From assembly GCA_018262985.1 (NCBI GenBank), contig JADFDI010000001.1, positions 325,027 to 389,026 of the forward strand: a stretch of DNA of 64,000 nt, in the 5' to 3' direction. The position numbers and the translations under genes are program-made. This DNA is from Spirochaetota bacterium (GTDB lineage Bacteria > Spirochaetota > Spirochaetia > Treponematales > UBA12059). Position 1 is the stretch's first letter. Each line of letters opens with the position of its first letter. Shown here piece by piece: positions 9,785 through 21,479 of this stretch. A model generated the notes under the pieces. That model had not been told where the DNA came from. It did not search any database and saw only the letters and a program-made list of their open reading frames with translations.

Positions 9785-10293
9785 ATGATGGATGCCTTCA
9801 CCGCGAACCGGGTACGAGCGGAGGACCTTCTGGGGAAGCGCATCCTCGAATCGGGAGACAAGTACTACTTCGAGGATCTCGGACTGCGGAGCGCTCTGCG
9901 GGGTTTCGACCAGCGCGACATCGGCAAGGTCGTAGAGAACGCCGCGTACCATTTACGCTCGCGGGAGCGGGTTGGAACGCGCGCTCGGGCAGGATCGGCG
10001 AACGAGAGATCGACTCGGTCCGCGAGCGCGGGGCTAAGCGTGCCTACGTGCAGGCCGCCTACCTCGATCCCGACGGACCGACCCGCGAGCGCGAAATCGG
10101 TTCGATCCTCGCGCTTCGCGAGGCCCGGCCGCGCTATGTCGTGTCGATGGACCCCATCCGCGCGGATCATGAGGGCATACGCCACCTCGGGCTCCGCGAC
10201 TTCCTTCTGGAGGGCCTCGGCGATTGGAGCTCTTTTCTCGCCGCCTCTGCGCCGCCACCACGATTAGGCGGGGTTCAGGGGCGGAGCCCCTGA
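9785..10293 (+). pseudogene. 3' remnant of a DUF4143/AAA-family ATPase gene (COG1373-like), frameshifted and lacking the ATPase domain
   Basis: Frame 2 reads AF..NRV.AEDLLGKRILESGDKYYFEDLGLRSAL...D.GKVVENAAY. The reading then continues only in frame 1 (GEREIDSVRERGAKRAYVQAAYLDPDGPTREREIGSILALREARPRYVVSMD...EGIRHLGLRDFLL). This is the conserved C-terminal block of these ATPases, and no Walker region lies upstream. Confidence 0.6.
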
Positions 10294-10368
10294 GAAGGGG
10301 GGTAGCGGAAGACGCGCGGAGCGCGGCTGGAGCGAGGGGGGAAGGCTCTCCAGCCTTCCCCCCACATG

Positions 10369-10397
10369 AAAAAGGCCGCCTCGATCGAGGCGGCCTT
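10369..10397 (-). terminator. intrinsic terminator downstream of nifJ
   Basis: On the minus strand it reads GAAGGCCGCC-TCGATC-GAGGCGGCC followed by TTTTT, 25 nt after the nifJ stop. Confidence 0.7.
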
Positions 10398-10421
10398 CAG
10401 CGGTCTAGTCGGCTTTATCTA

Positions 10422-13994
<3,573 letters not shown>

Positions 13995-14042
13995 CTGGGA
14001 CCTCTCAAGTGGTGAGGATGTTGGAAACCGGTTATGCGGTTC

Positions 14043-14071
14043 ATCCTATGACTTCTGGAGATTTTTATCAA
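14043..14071 (-). promoter_or_regulatory. sigma70-type promoter candidate for nifJ (TTGATA-N17-TAGGAT)
   Basis: Read on the minus strand in the only AT-rich patch upstream of nifJ. The GAGAGG SD precedes ATG 13994. Confidence 0.4.
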
Positions 14072-14195
14072 TACGGCGGACGCGGGCCCGCGGGGGACGC
14101 TCGCCGGCCAAATCGGGCGGACGCGGGCTAAAGCCGCGTCCGCTCCTCCGGCTTCGACCGGACTCGCTATCGCTCGCCGGTCAAGCCGGAGGGTC

Positions 14196-14560
14196 GGTAA
14201 GCAGGCAAGCCGGCCCTTCGGGCGGCTTTCCTGCTTACCGTGGGGCGCCGGCCCTTCGGGCAGCTTTCTTTCGCCGAGCAGGTTTGTCTTCGCCTACCAG
14301 GTCTCCGCCAGGGCGGCTTTCCTGGTTGGCGTGGGGCGCCGGCCCTTCGGGCGGCTTGCCTGCTTACCGTGGGGGGCCGGCCCTTCGGGCGGCTTGCCTG
14401 GTTACCGTGGGGCGCCGGCCCTTCGGGCGGCTTGCCTGCTTACCGTGGGGCGCCGGCCCTTCGGGCGGCTTTCCTGCTTACCGTGGAGCGGCGGCCCTTC
14501 GGGGGGCTTTCTTTCGCCGAGCAGGTTTGTCTTCGCCTACCAGGTCTCCGCCAGGGCGGC
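14196..14560. repeat. 38-bp tandem repeat array (7 units) interrupted by a duplicated copy of the 3' end of the adjacent gene
   Basis: The unit ggcccttcgggcggcttgcctgcttaccgtggggcgcc starts at 14212, 14250, 14341, 14379, 14417, 14455 and 14493, a constant 38-bp period. The 56-bp string ctttctttcgccgagcaggtttgtcttcgcctaccaggtctccgccagggcggc occurs at 14264 and again at 14508 (offset 244). The second copy contains the real stop and last 8 codons of the 14537..15319 gene. Confidence 0.9.
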
Positions 14561-15319
14561 GAGCGCGGCCCTGAAGAGGGCTTCGAGGCCGCCGTGGGTT
14601 TCCTCGGAGTGGAATTCCGGGTGCCATTCGTCGTCGTGCACGAGGTCGCTCACGGTGAAGCAGGACGCGATGCGAACGCCCCGGTAGCGGGCGACGGCGA
14701 AGAGGGCGGCGGCTTCCATCTCCGCCACGGTGGCGCCGCGCGCGCGGAGCTCGGCCAGGTCGGCGGGCGTTTCGCGGTAGATGGCGTCCGTGGTCCATGA
14801 AAGGCAGCGACGCCAGGGAAGGCCCGCCGCTTCGAAGGCGGCCTCGAGCGCCCGGGTACCCTTCTCGGAGGGGAACACCCGCTCGCCCGCGGGTATGTAA
14901 TGGTAGGAGACGCCTTCGTCGCGGAAGGCGCCCTCGCACACCGCGATCGAGCCGATCTCGAGGCCTTCCACGAGGGCCCCGGCCGTGCCGACGGACACGA
15001 AGCGCTTCACGCCCCAGGCGGCCAGCTCCTCGAGCATGACGGCGGCCGCGGGCGCGCCGACGCCGAAACGCCCCACCAGGGCCACGGAACGGTCGGAGTC
15101 GAGCAGGTATTGCAGGTTCGACCCGAAGTAGTCGGGGTGCGCCTCGACCGCGTGGTTCGCGCGCACGTAGTCGAAGAGCGAGCGCTGGTAGCAGAGGATC
15201 GCGGCCTCGGGCGCGGGCGCGTCGCCGAGGAAGCCGGAGCGGCGGGCGTAGTCGATGAAGTCGCGGGGCGAGAACACGGCCCGCGACGCGTACTTGGCCT
15301 TGGAGAGGGGAATTGGCAC
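14537..15319 (-). CDS. nucleoside phosphorylase (PNP/UDP family 1, uridine-phosphorylase-like)
   Basis: Track ORF 14537..15409 trimmed to GTG 15319, which has AAGGAG 8 nt upstream (caAGGAGcgttaaccGTG). Family motifs present: [26 protein letters not shown]. Confidence 0.75.
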   Translation of the reverse strand: MPIPLSKAKYASRAVFSPRDFIDYARRSGFLGDAPAPEAAILCYQRSLFDYVRANHAVEAHPDYFGSNLQYLLDSDRSVALVGRFGVGAPAAAVMLEELAAWGVKRFVSVGTAGALVEGLEIGSIAVCEGAFRDEGVSYHYIPAGERVFPSEKGTRALEAAFEAAGLPWRRCLSWTTDAIYRETPADLAELRARGATVAEMEAAALFAVARYRGVRIASCFTVSDLVHDDEWHPEFHSEETHGGLEALFRAALAALAETW

Positions 15320-15329
15320 GGTTAACGCT
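15314..15329 (+). promoter_or_regulatory. possible sigma54 -24/-12 element (TGGCACG-N4-ACGCT) upstream of the MCP gene
   Basis: The GG and GC dinucleotides are at the canonical 10-nt spacing, ~100 nt upstream of ATG 15430. The -12 TT is missing, and the element overlaps the GTG start of the divergent gene. Confidence 0.25.
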
Positions 15330-15429
15330 CCTTGACGACCCGTCTTCGGGGACTGTGGGGGCCACCGTCCTCCCCGGAACATGCTATACTGGCGGCAATG
15401 GCTTCGCAAGCGCGGGGCCGGAGGACCGG

Positions 15430-17349
15430 ATGACGAAGGGCTCTCGCGCGAAGGCGGTCGCGGTATTCGCGGCGATAACCACGATCAGCGCGTATCTGAT
15501 GCAGTTGTTCCTCGGATTCTATTTCGAGAAGGACCTCGCCTACACGTTTTCCCGGCTTGGCGTGTTCCACGTCGTCGTGGTTTCGCTCGTGGCGGTGTCG
15601 TGCCTCTTGCTCGCGCTGCTGCTTGCGCCGATCGCTTCGGTCGAGCGGGCGCTTGGGCGAGGCGCTACGCTCGCGGACGAAGCGCGGGAGGCCGCGCGGC
15701 GGGCGGGCGCGAAGGTTCCGTACTTCGTCGCGGCCGTCTGCGCGGCCGCGTACCTGGCGGGACCGGTCGTCACCATCGTCATCGAATCGAACGCCGGTAC
15801 CATGCTCTACGACGCGGTCGAGCTCGCGCTCGTGGTGGCCTTGAACCTTTCCATCGGTTTCTTCGTCGCGGTGCTGGCCACGCTCCAGATAGAGAACATC
15901 CTCCGGCCGGTCGTGGAACGGCTCGGCTTCCGGTCCATAGATCCGAAGGCGCGGAAATCCTCGCTGACCGGGCGCATCCTCCTCTCGGCCTCGGCCACCA
16001 TGCTGCTCGCGGGCTTGCTCGCGCTCATGGCCGCGTACGGGCACATCCGCCGCTTCCCGGAGATGGGGCTCGCCGATCCGGCCGGCTACCTCGCCCACTA
16101 CGTGGCGGGGGCGGGCGCCCTCACGGCGATCATAATCCTGCTCGGGCTCGGGCAGTTCGTCCTCATCGGCAAGAACATCCGCGACCGCGTGGTCATGATC
16201 GGCGAGCGGGTCGCCGAGCTGGCCGAGGGCGAAGGCGACCTGGGCCGCCGCGCGGACATCGTGCGGCCGGACGAGCTCGGCAGGCTTTCCGCGGACCTGA
16301 ACCGCTTCCTCGACAGCCTCGAGAGCCTCGTCGACGGCACGCGCTCGGTCGCCGGCGCGGTCTCCGGGTCGTCGTCGTCCCTGGCGGAGAGCGCCGAGAA
16401 CGCGCGGCATTCCGTGGAGGCGCTCGAGGCGAGCCTGCGCTCGGTGGACGAATCGGTGGAAACCCAGACCTCGACCGTCGGCGAGGTGGAGGGCGACATC
16501 GCGCGGCTCATCGAGAGCGTCGACGCCGTCGCCGTCCAGGTCGGCACCCAGGCAGGCTACGTCGAGCAGAGTTCGGCCGCCATCTCCGAGATGGCCGCGA
16601 ACATCGCCTCGGTCGACCGGACCGCCGCCCAGGCGGACGAGGTAGCCAGCCGGCTGCGGGTTTGGTCCGAGGAAGGCGGGCAGGCGCTCGTCGAGAGCCA
16701 GGCCGCCATCGGCGAGATCGAGCGCTCGTCCGTGGCGGTGCGGGACATCATCGGCTCCATCTCCAAGATAGCCGCGCAGACCAACCTGCTGGCCATGAAC
16801 GCGGCTATCGAGGCGGCGCACGCGGGCGAGGCCGGCGCGGGCTTCGCGGTGGTCGCCGGCGAGGTGCGCAACCTGGCGGAGAACGCCTCGCGCAGCGCCA
16901 AGGAGATCGTCGCCCTCATCAAGGAGATGAATTCCCGCATCGAGCGCGGCGCGGAGCTGTCCGACCGCGCCTCCGGAGCCTTCGGCAAGATCCGGGAAGG
17001 CGTCGGCCAGACCAGCGAGCTGGTCCGCACCATCGCGGCCAGCATGGCGGAGCAGCGCACCGGCGCCGAGGAGATCCTCTCGAGCTCGTCGTCGCTCATC
17101 CAGGCCACACAGGACATCAAGGATCGGGCTGACGCCCAGCGGCGGGGCTCCAAGGACATCGAAAAGGCCATGCTGCGCATGGTGGAGTCTTCCAACCAGA
17201 TCTTCGAGGCGGTGCGCGAGGAGGCCGGAGCCGCGGCCACCCTCGCGAAAGTCGTGAAGGTGGTCGGCGTCGAGGCCGAGCGGAACCGGGACCTGGTGGC
17301 CGCGCTCGCCGACGCGGTGGCGCGCTTCCGCACCTCGCGGGACGCTTGA
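15430..17349 (+). CDS. methyl-accepting chemotaxis protein with a multi-pass (about 6 TM) membrane module and HAMP
   Basis: Track ORF trimmed to ATG 15430 (GGAGGA 4 nt upstream). Highly conserved signalling hairpin [39 protein letters not shown]. Confidence 0.9.
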   Translation: MTKGSRAKAVAVFAAITTISAYLMQLFLGFYFEKDLAYTFSRLGVFHVVVVSLVAVSCLLLALLLAPIASVERALGRGATLADEAREAARRAGAKVPYFVAAVCAAAYLAGPVVTIVIESNAGTMLYDAVELALVVALNLSIGFFVAVLATLQIENILRPVVERLGFRSIDPKARKSSLTGRILLSASATMLLAGLLALMAAYGHIRRFPEMGLADPAGYLAHYVAGAGALTAIIILLGLGQFVLIGKNIRDRVVMIGERVAELAEGEGDLGRRADIVRPDELGRLSADLNRFLDSLESLVDGTRSVAGAVSGSSSSLAESAENARHSVEALEASLRSVDESVETQTSTVGEVEGDIARLIESVDAVAVQVGTQAGYVEQSSAAISEMAANIASVDRTAAQADEVASRLRVWSEEGGQALVESQAAIGEIERSSVAVRDIIGSISKIAAQTNLLAMNAAIEAAHAGEAGAGFAVVAGEVRNLAENASRSAKEIVALIKEMNSRIERGAELSDRASGAFGKIREGVGQTSELVRTIAASMAEQRTGAEEILSSSSSLIQATQDIKDRADAQRRGSKDIEKAMLRMVESSNQIFEAVREEAGAAATLAKVVKVVGVEAERNRDLVAALADAVARFRTSRDA

Positions 17350-17432
17350 ATCCGCCCGCCGACCCGGGGCATACTCGCCCGGCCCCGCAAGCCGCCCGCT
17401 TTCACGGCAGTCCGAGTCCGGAGGTGAGCTCC

Positions 17433-18161
17433 ATGTTCCCGATCCGCAACGCGCGCGCGCTCCTGGCCGCCTTCTCCGTCCTCGTCCTGGCCGTTTCGTC
17501 CGCCCTCGGCCAAAGCGCGCCGGCCGCGAAGGACGCCAACCTGCTGATCCAGCAGGGCCGGGCCCTCGTGGACTCCGGAAAGCGCGCGGAGGGCTACGCG
17601 CTCTTCGAGGAGGCAGTGGCGGTCTGCGACGCCGAGCTGGCGGAGAACCCGGCGCGCATGGATTCGTACGTGGTGAAGGGCTGGGCGCTCTTCCGGCTCG
17701 GCCGCTACCGCGAGGCGGTCGCCGTGGGCGAGGCGGGCCTCAAGGTGAAATTCGACGCCCGCATCGTCGAGAACATGGGCGAGTCCTACTTCTTCCTCCG
17801 GGACTACGCGGCCTCGCTCCGCAGCATGCAGCGCTACATCGACAACTCCGGCGAATACGCCGAGCGCGTGTCCACGGCCTACTTCTACATGGGCGAGATC
17901 TACCAGGTGCAGCGGAAATTCGAGCACGCCGACATCGCCTACGCCATCGCCGTGCAGCGCGAGCCCAACATGGCCCGCTGGTGGTTCCGCTACGGGAACG
18001 CGGTCGAGGCCCTCGGCGAGAAGGAGCGGGCCCGCGGCCTCTACGAGAAGGCGCTGAAGCTCGCCCCGTCCTTCGCGGAAGCCCGGGACGCCGTCGCCCG
18101 GCTCTCGGCCGCTCCCGCGGCTCCGGCGGCGCCCGCGACGGCGCCCGCCGCCGCCCCTTGA
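17433..18161 (+). CDS. secreted TPR-repeat protein
   Basis: Trimmed to ATG 17433 (GGAGGTGA SD), giving the signal peptide MFPIRNARALLAAFSVLVLAVSSALG. TPR-like helices are present (YFYMGEIYQVQRKFEHADIAYAIAVQREPN, ARGLYEKALKLAPSFAEA), followed by an Ala/Pro tail. Confidence 0.7.
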   Translation: MFPIRNARALLAAFSVLVLAVSSALGQSAPAAKDANLLIQQGRALVDSGKRAEGYALFEEAVAVCDAELAENPARMDSYVVKGWALFRLGRYREAVAVGEAGLKVKFDARIVENMGESYFFLRDYAASLRSMQRYIDNSGEYAERVSTAYFYMGEIYQVQRKFEHADIAYAIAVQREPNMARWWFRYGNAVEALGEKERARGLYEKALKLAPSFAEARDAVARLSAAPAAPAAPATAPAAAP

Positions 18162-18243
18162 GTCCGGAGGAACGCCGTATCGCGGGAATCCGCCGCGGAC
18201 GACTTGCGTAGCCGCCGGAGCGGCACTACAGTTTGGCCATCGT

Positions 18244-18663
18244 ATGGCTATGCTCTTCACGGTCGAATTCCTTCCACTCGCCGTCGAAAGGATCGACGTG
18301 GACGACTGCTCCGAGTACGCGGTCCGAGTGTCGGTGAGGGGCAGCCTCGACCTCGAGGACGCCGCCGAGGCCGGGCTCCTCCTCCGGACCCTCGCCGCCG
18401 GCGGCGCGCACCGCGTGATCCTCAACCTCGAGCAGCTCGGCTACATCGATTCGACGGGCATCGGCGCCATCATCAGGGCCAAGAAGGATCTCTCCGCCCG
18501 CGGCGGCGATCTCGCGTTGCTCAACGTGCCCCCGAACATCAAGGACATCTTCGAGCTCGTGAACCTCAAGGGTTTCGTGCGCAGCTTCTACGACGACGAC
18601 GAGGCGCTCCGCCACTTGGCCGCCTCGCTGCCGGGAGCCGGTCCGAAACCCGACAAGCCCTGA
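18244..18663 (+). CDS. STAS-domain anti-sigma-factor antagonist (SpoIIAA/RsbV-like)
   Basis: 139 aa. VILNLEQLGYIDSTGIGAIIRAKKDLSARGGDLALLNVPPNIKDIFELVNL is the canonical STAS core with the phosphorylatable Ser in the DSTG motif. Confidence 0.85.
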   Translation: MAMLFTVEFLPLAVERIDVDDCSEYAVRVSVRGSLDLEDAAEAGLLLRTLAAGGAHRVILNLEQLGYIDSTGIGAIIRAKKDLSARGGDLALLNVPPNIKDIFELVNLKGFVRSFYDDDEALRHLAASLPGAGPKPDKP

Positions 18664-18674
18664 GCCGCGCCGCC

Positions 18675-18714
18675 CCCGCCGTTCCCGCCGTTCCCGCCGT
18701 TCCCGCCGTTCCCG
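18675..18714. repeat. 9-bp microsatellite (CCCGCCGTT) x4
   Basis: Read directly in the convergent STAS/priA spacer. Confidence 0.9.
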
Positions 18715-18756
18715 CGAGGCGTCCCGTCGGAGCGCGCGCGGCGTGCCTGTTCGGAA

Positions 18757-20724
18757 CTACAGCAGGCTCACCGGATCCGGATCGGGCTCCGCGTGCACGC
18801 CCGGAAGCTCGCCGAGGGCGGCCAGGGCCGCGGCGCAGGCCGCGTGCAGGGGGCCCATGGCGGGACCTTTCAGCACTACGTGCCGGCGGGCGTTTCCGGC
18901 CATGAGCGCGATCGGGCATTCGGCGGGCCCGAGCGCCTCGTCGTCGGGGCCGAGGCGTTCCGCGGCCAATCGCGCGAAGGCTTCCGCGGCCCGGTCGGCC
19001 TTCTCCGCCGACTTCGACCGGAACACCACGCGCACCAGGCGCGAGTAGGGCGGGAAGCCGAGCTCGCGCCGGGCCCGGAGCTCGGCGGCCTGGAAGCCGG
19101 CGACGTCGGCCGCGGCGGCCATGCGGATGACCGGGCTCGAGGGCCTCAAGGTCTGGACGACCACCCGGCCGTCGGGCGTGAAGCGGCCGGCGCGTCCGGC
19201 CACCTGCACGATGAGCGAAAAGGCGCGCTCGGCGGCGCGGAAGTCGGGCAGATTGAGGCTCGTGTCGGCCAGCACCACGCCCACCACCTTCACGCCGGGG
19301 AAATTGAGCCCCTTGGCCACCATCTGGGTCCCGAGGAGGACGTCCACCTTCCCCGCGCGGAACTCCTCGAGCAGCTTCCTCGCCTCTCCCTTCGCGGTCG
19401 CGGAGTCCGCGTCGAGGCGGCGCACGGTCAGGTCCGGGAACGCCGCGACCACCTCCTCCTCGAGGCGCTCGGTGCCGAAGCCGCCCCAGCCCACGTCGAG
19501 CGAGCCGCACGAGGGGCAGGCGCGCGGAGGTTTCGCGCGGTAGCCGCAGTAGTGGCAGACCAGGGCGTCGCGGTCCTTGTGCCAGGTGAGCGGCACCGAG
19601 CAGTGCCGGCACGCGAGTTCCTCTCCGCAGGTGCGGCACGAGAAGCGGTGGCTGAAGCCGCGCCGGTTGAGGAAGAGGATGCTCTGTCCCCCCGCGTTCT
19701 TCGCTTCGCGCACCAGCGCGGCGAGGCGGGCCGAGACGGGGCCGGCCTCGTCCCGCATGTCCACGATCTCGACGGAGGGCGGGGCGCCGCCCGAGAGCCT
19801 GCCGCCGAGTTCGAGCTTCTCCATGCCGCCGTCGAGCATGAGCTTCCAGGCTTCGACGCTCGGCGTCGCGGAACCCATGACGAGGCGGGCGCCCTCTTCC
19901 GCGCAGCGCGTCATGGCCACCTGGCGCGCGTGGTAGCGCGGGGTCGAGCCGGACTTGTAGGAGCCTTCGTGCTCCTCGTCCACCACCACGAGTCCGAGCC
20001 GCGGCACCGGGGCGAAGATCGCGGAGCGGGCGCCCACCACCACGTCCGCCTCGCCGCGCATTACGCGCCGCCATTCGGCGAGCCGCCTGGAGGGCGTCAG
20101 GCCCGAATGGAGCACGGCGCAGCGCTCGCCGAAGCGCGTCCGGACCGCCTCGACCACCTGGTGGGTCAACGCGATCTCCGGCACCAGGTAGATGACGCCT
20201 CGGCCCTCGGCCAGCGTGGCCTCGGCGGCCTGCAGGAAGACTTCGGTCTTGCCCGAGCCGGTGGCGCCGAAGAGGTACTTCCTTCCCGAGCCTTCGGCGA
20301 GGATTCGATCGAGGGCCGCGCGCTGCGGGGCGGACAGCTCGAGCGAATGGTCGCAAGGCGGGCTCTCCTCGAACACATCCGCGCCCGCGGAGCTTTCGCG
20401 CCGGCCGCTCGGCGTCATGGCCGAGAGGGTTTCGCCGAGCGTGCAGAAGTACATGCGGGCGACGCGCGAGGCCAGGGCCAGGGTCGCGGGGCCGACGAGG
20501 GGTTCGGGGTCGACGATCCTGGCTATCGGCTTGACGAGCGTTTCGTCGATGTCGCACCCGTCCAGCTCTTCGACGACCCAGCCCTCGATGACGCGATTCC
20601 TGAAAGGGGCCTCGATTCGGCAACCGGTCCTGGCGCCCGCGGGGGCGGCCTTCGTCGCGAGGTTGCGGTAGGTGAACAGGCGGTCGAGGGGGACGTCGAA
20701 GGCGACGCGGAGGAATTCGCTCAC
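18757..20724 (-). CDS. priA: primosomal protein N' (replication restart helicase PriA)
   Basis: Track ORF 18757..21042 trimmed to GTG 20724, which forms a GTGA overlap with the upstream stop. The discarded 105-aa N-terminus is R/P-rich and overlaps the UDG gene. Motifs: FGATGSGKTEVF Walker A, VVDEEHE, and Cys clusters CRTCGEELACRHC...CHYCG...CPSCGS. Confidence 0.9.
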   Translation of the reverse strand: MSEFLRVAFDVPLDRLFTYRNLATKAAPAGARTGCRIEAPFRNRVIEGWVVEELDGCDIDETLVKPIARIVDPEPLVGPATLALASRVARMYFCTLGETLSAMTPSGRRESSAGADVFEESPPCDHSLELSAPQRAALDRILAEGSGRKYLFGATGSGKTEVFLQAAEATLAEGRGVIYLVPEIALTHQVVEAVRTRFGERCAVLHSGLTPSRRLAEWRRVMRGEADVVVGARSAIFAPVPRLGLVVVDEEHEGSYKSGSTPRYHARQVAMTRCAEEGARLVMGSATPSVEAWKLMLDGGMEKLELGGRLSGGAPPSVEIVDMRDEAGPVSARLAALVREAKNAGGQSILFLNRRGFSHRFSCRTCGEELACRHCSVPLTWHKDRDALVCHYCGYRAKPPRACPSCGSLDVGWGGFGTERLEEEVVAAFPDLTVRRLDADSATAKGEARKLLEEFRAGKVDVLLGTQMVAKGLNFPGVKVVGVVLADTSLNLPDFRAAERAFSLIVQVAGRAGRFTPDGRVVVQTLRPSSPVIRMAAAADVAGFQAAELRARRELGFPPYSRLVRVVFRSKSAEKADRAAEAFARLAAERLGPDDEALGPAECPIALMAGNARRHVVLKGPAMGPLHAACAAALAALGELPGVHAEPDPDPVSLL

Positions 20725-21479
20725 GGCGCTCCGCTCGCCCAGCCGTCGGCCTGGATGCGCTCGCGGAGCAGCTTGAGGTCCTCCCAGGCGGGACGCTTGT
20801 ACTGGTCGTCGCGGAGCAGGGCGCTCGGATGGAAGGTCGCGATGAGCGGGACGCCTTCGAAATCGAGGAAGCGGCCGCGCAGCTTCGAGATGCCTTCGCT
20901 CGAGCCGAGCAGGGTCTGCGCGGCGATGCGCCCGAGGCAGAGGATGTAGCGGGGCTGGAGCACGGCGATCTGCCGCCTGAGGAAGGGCAGGCAGGGCGCG
21001 CGCTCGTCCGGCAGCGGGTCGCGGTTGCCCGGCGGGCGGCACTTGACCACGTTGCCGATGAAGCAGTTGCGCGAGCGCGAAAGCCCGATGGCCTCGAGCA
21101 TGCGGTCCAGGAGCTGGCCCGCGGCGCCCACGAAGGGCTCGCCGCTCGCGTCCTCGTCGGCGCCGGGGCCTTCGCCCACCACGAGCACCAGGGGGCGGGA
21201 GGCGCCCGAGCCGGGCACGGCGTTGCGGCGCGTCACCCGGAGCCGGCAGGCGCCGCAGGCGCGGACTTCGGCGGCGATGCGCTCGAGGTTGTCGTCCTCG
21301 GGGGGGGAGAAGGCCGTCGACCGGGCGACGCCCGGCCTGGCGATGATCTCGGCCTCGGACGGAGGAGGCGCGCCTTCCTCGAACACGACTTCCGCCCGCG
21401 CGCGGACGCGACCGGCTTCGAGCCAGTCCTGGATGAGGGTCAGGTCGTCGTGGAGCCGTTCGCGTTCGTCCCGGGTCAT
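20721..21479 (-). CDS. uracil-DNA glycosylase, family 4
   Basis: CGACRL...LVVGEGPGADEDASGEPFVGAAGQLLDRML...NVVKCRPPGNRDP...ATFHPSALLR are family-4 UDG motifs, including the Fe-S cysteines. Confidence 0.9.
   Translation of the reverse strand: MTRDERERLHDDLTLIQDWLEAGRVRARAEVVFEEGAPPPSEAEIIARPGVARSTAFSPPEDDNLERIAAEVRACGACRLRVTRRNAVPGSGASRPLVLVVGEGPGADEDASGEPFVGAAGQLLDRMLEAIGLSRSRNCFIGNVVKCRPPGNRDPLPDERAPCLPFLRRQIAVLQPRYILCLGRIAAQTLLGSSEGISKLRGRFLDFEGVPLIATFHPSALLRDDQYKRPAWEDLKLLRERIQADGWASGAP

Noticed and set aside
14196-14560. 38-bp repeats as a CRISPR array
   Set aside because: The units are directly abutting with no spacers, there are no cas genes in the window, and the array includes duplicated gene sequence. 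It is a tandem repeat.
20725-21042. 105-aa N-terminal extension of priA from the track
   Set aside because: The extension is Arg/Pro-rich and fully overlaps the UDG gene in another frame. GTG 20724 gives the conserved PriA N-terminus (SEFLRVAFDVPLDRLFTY).
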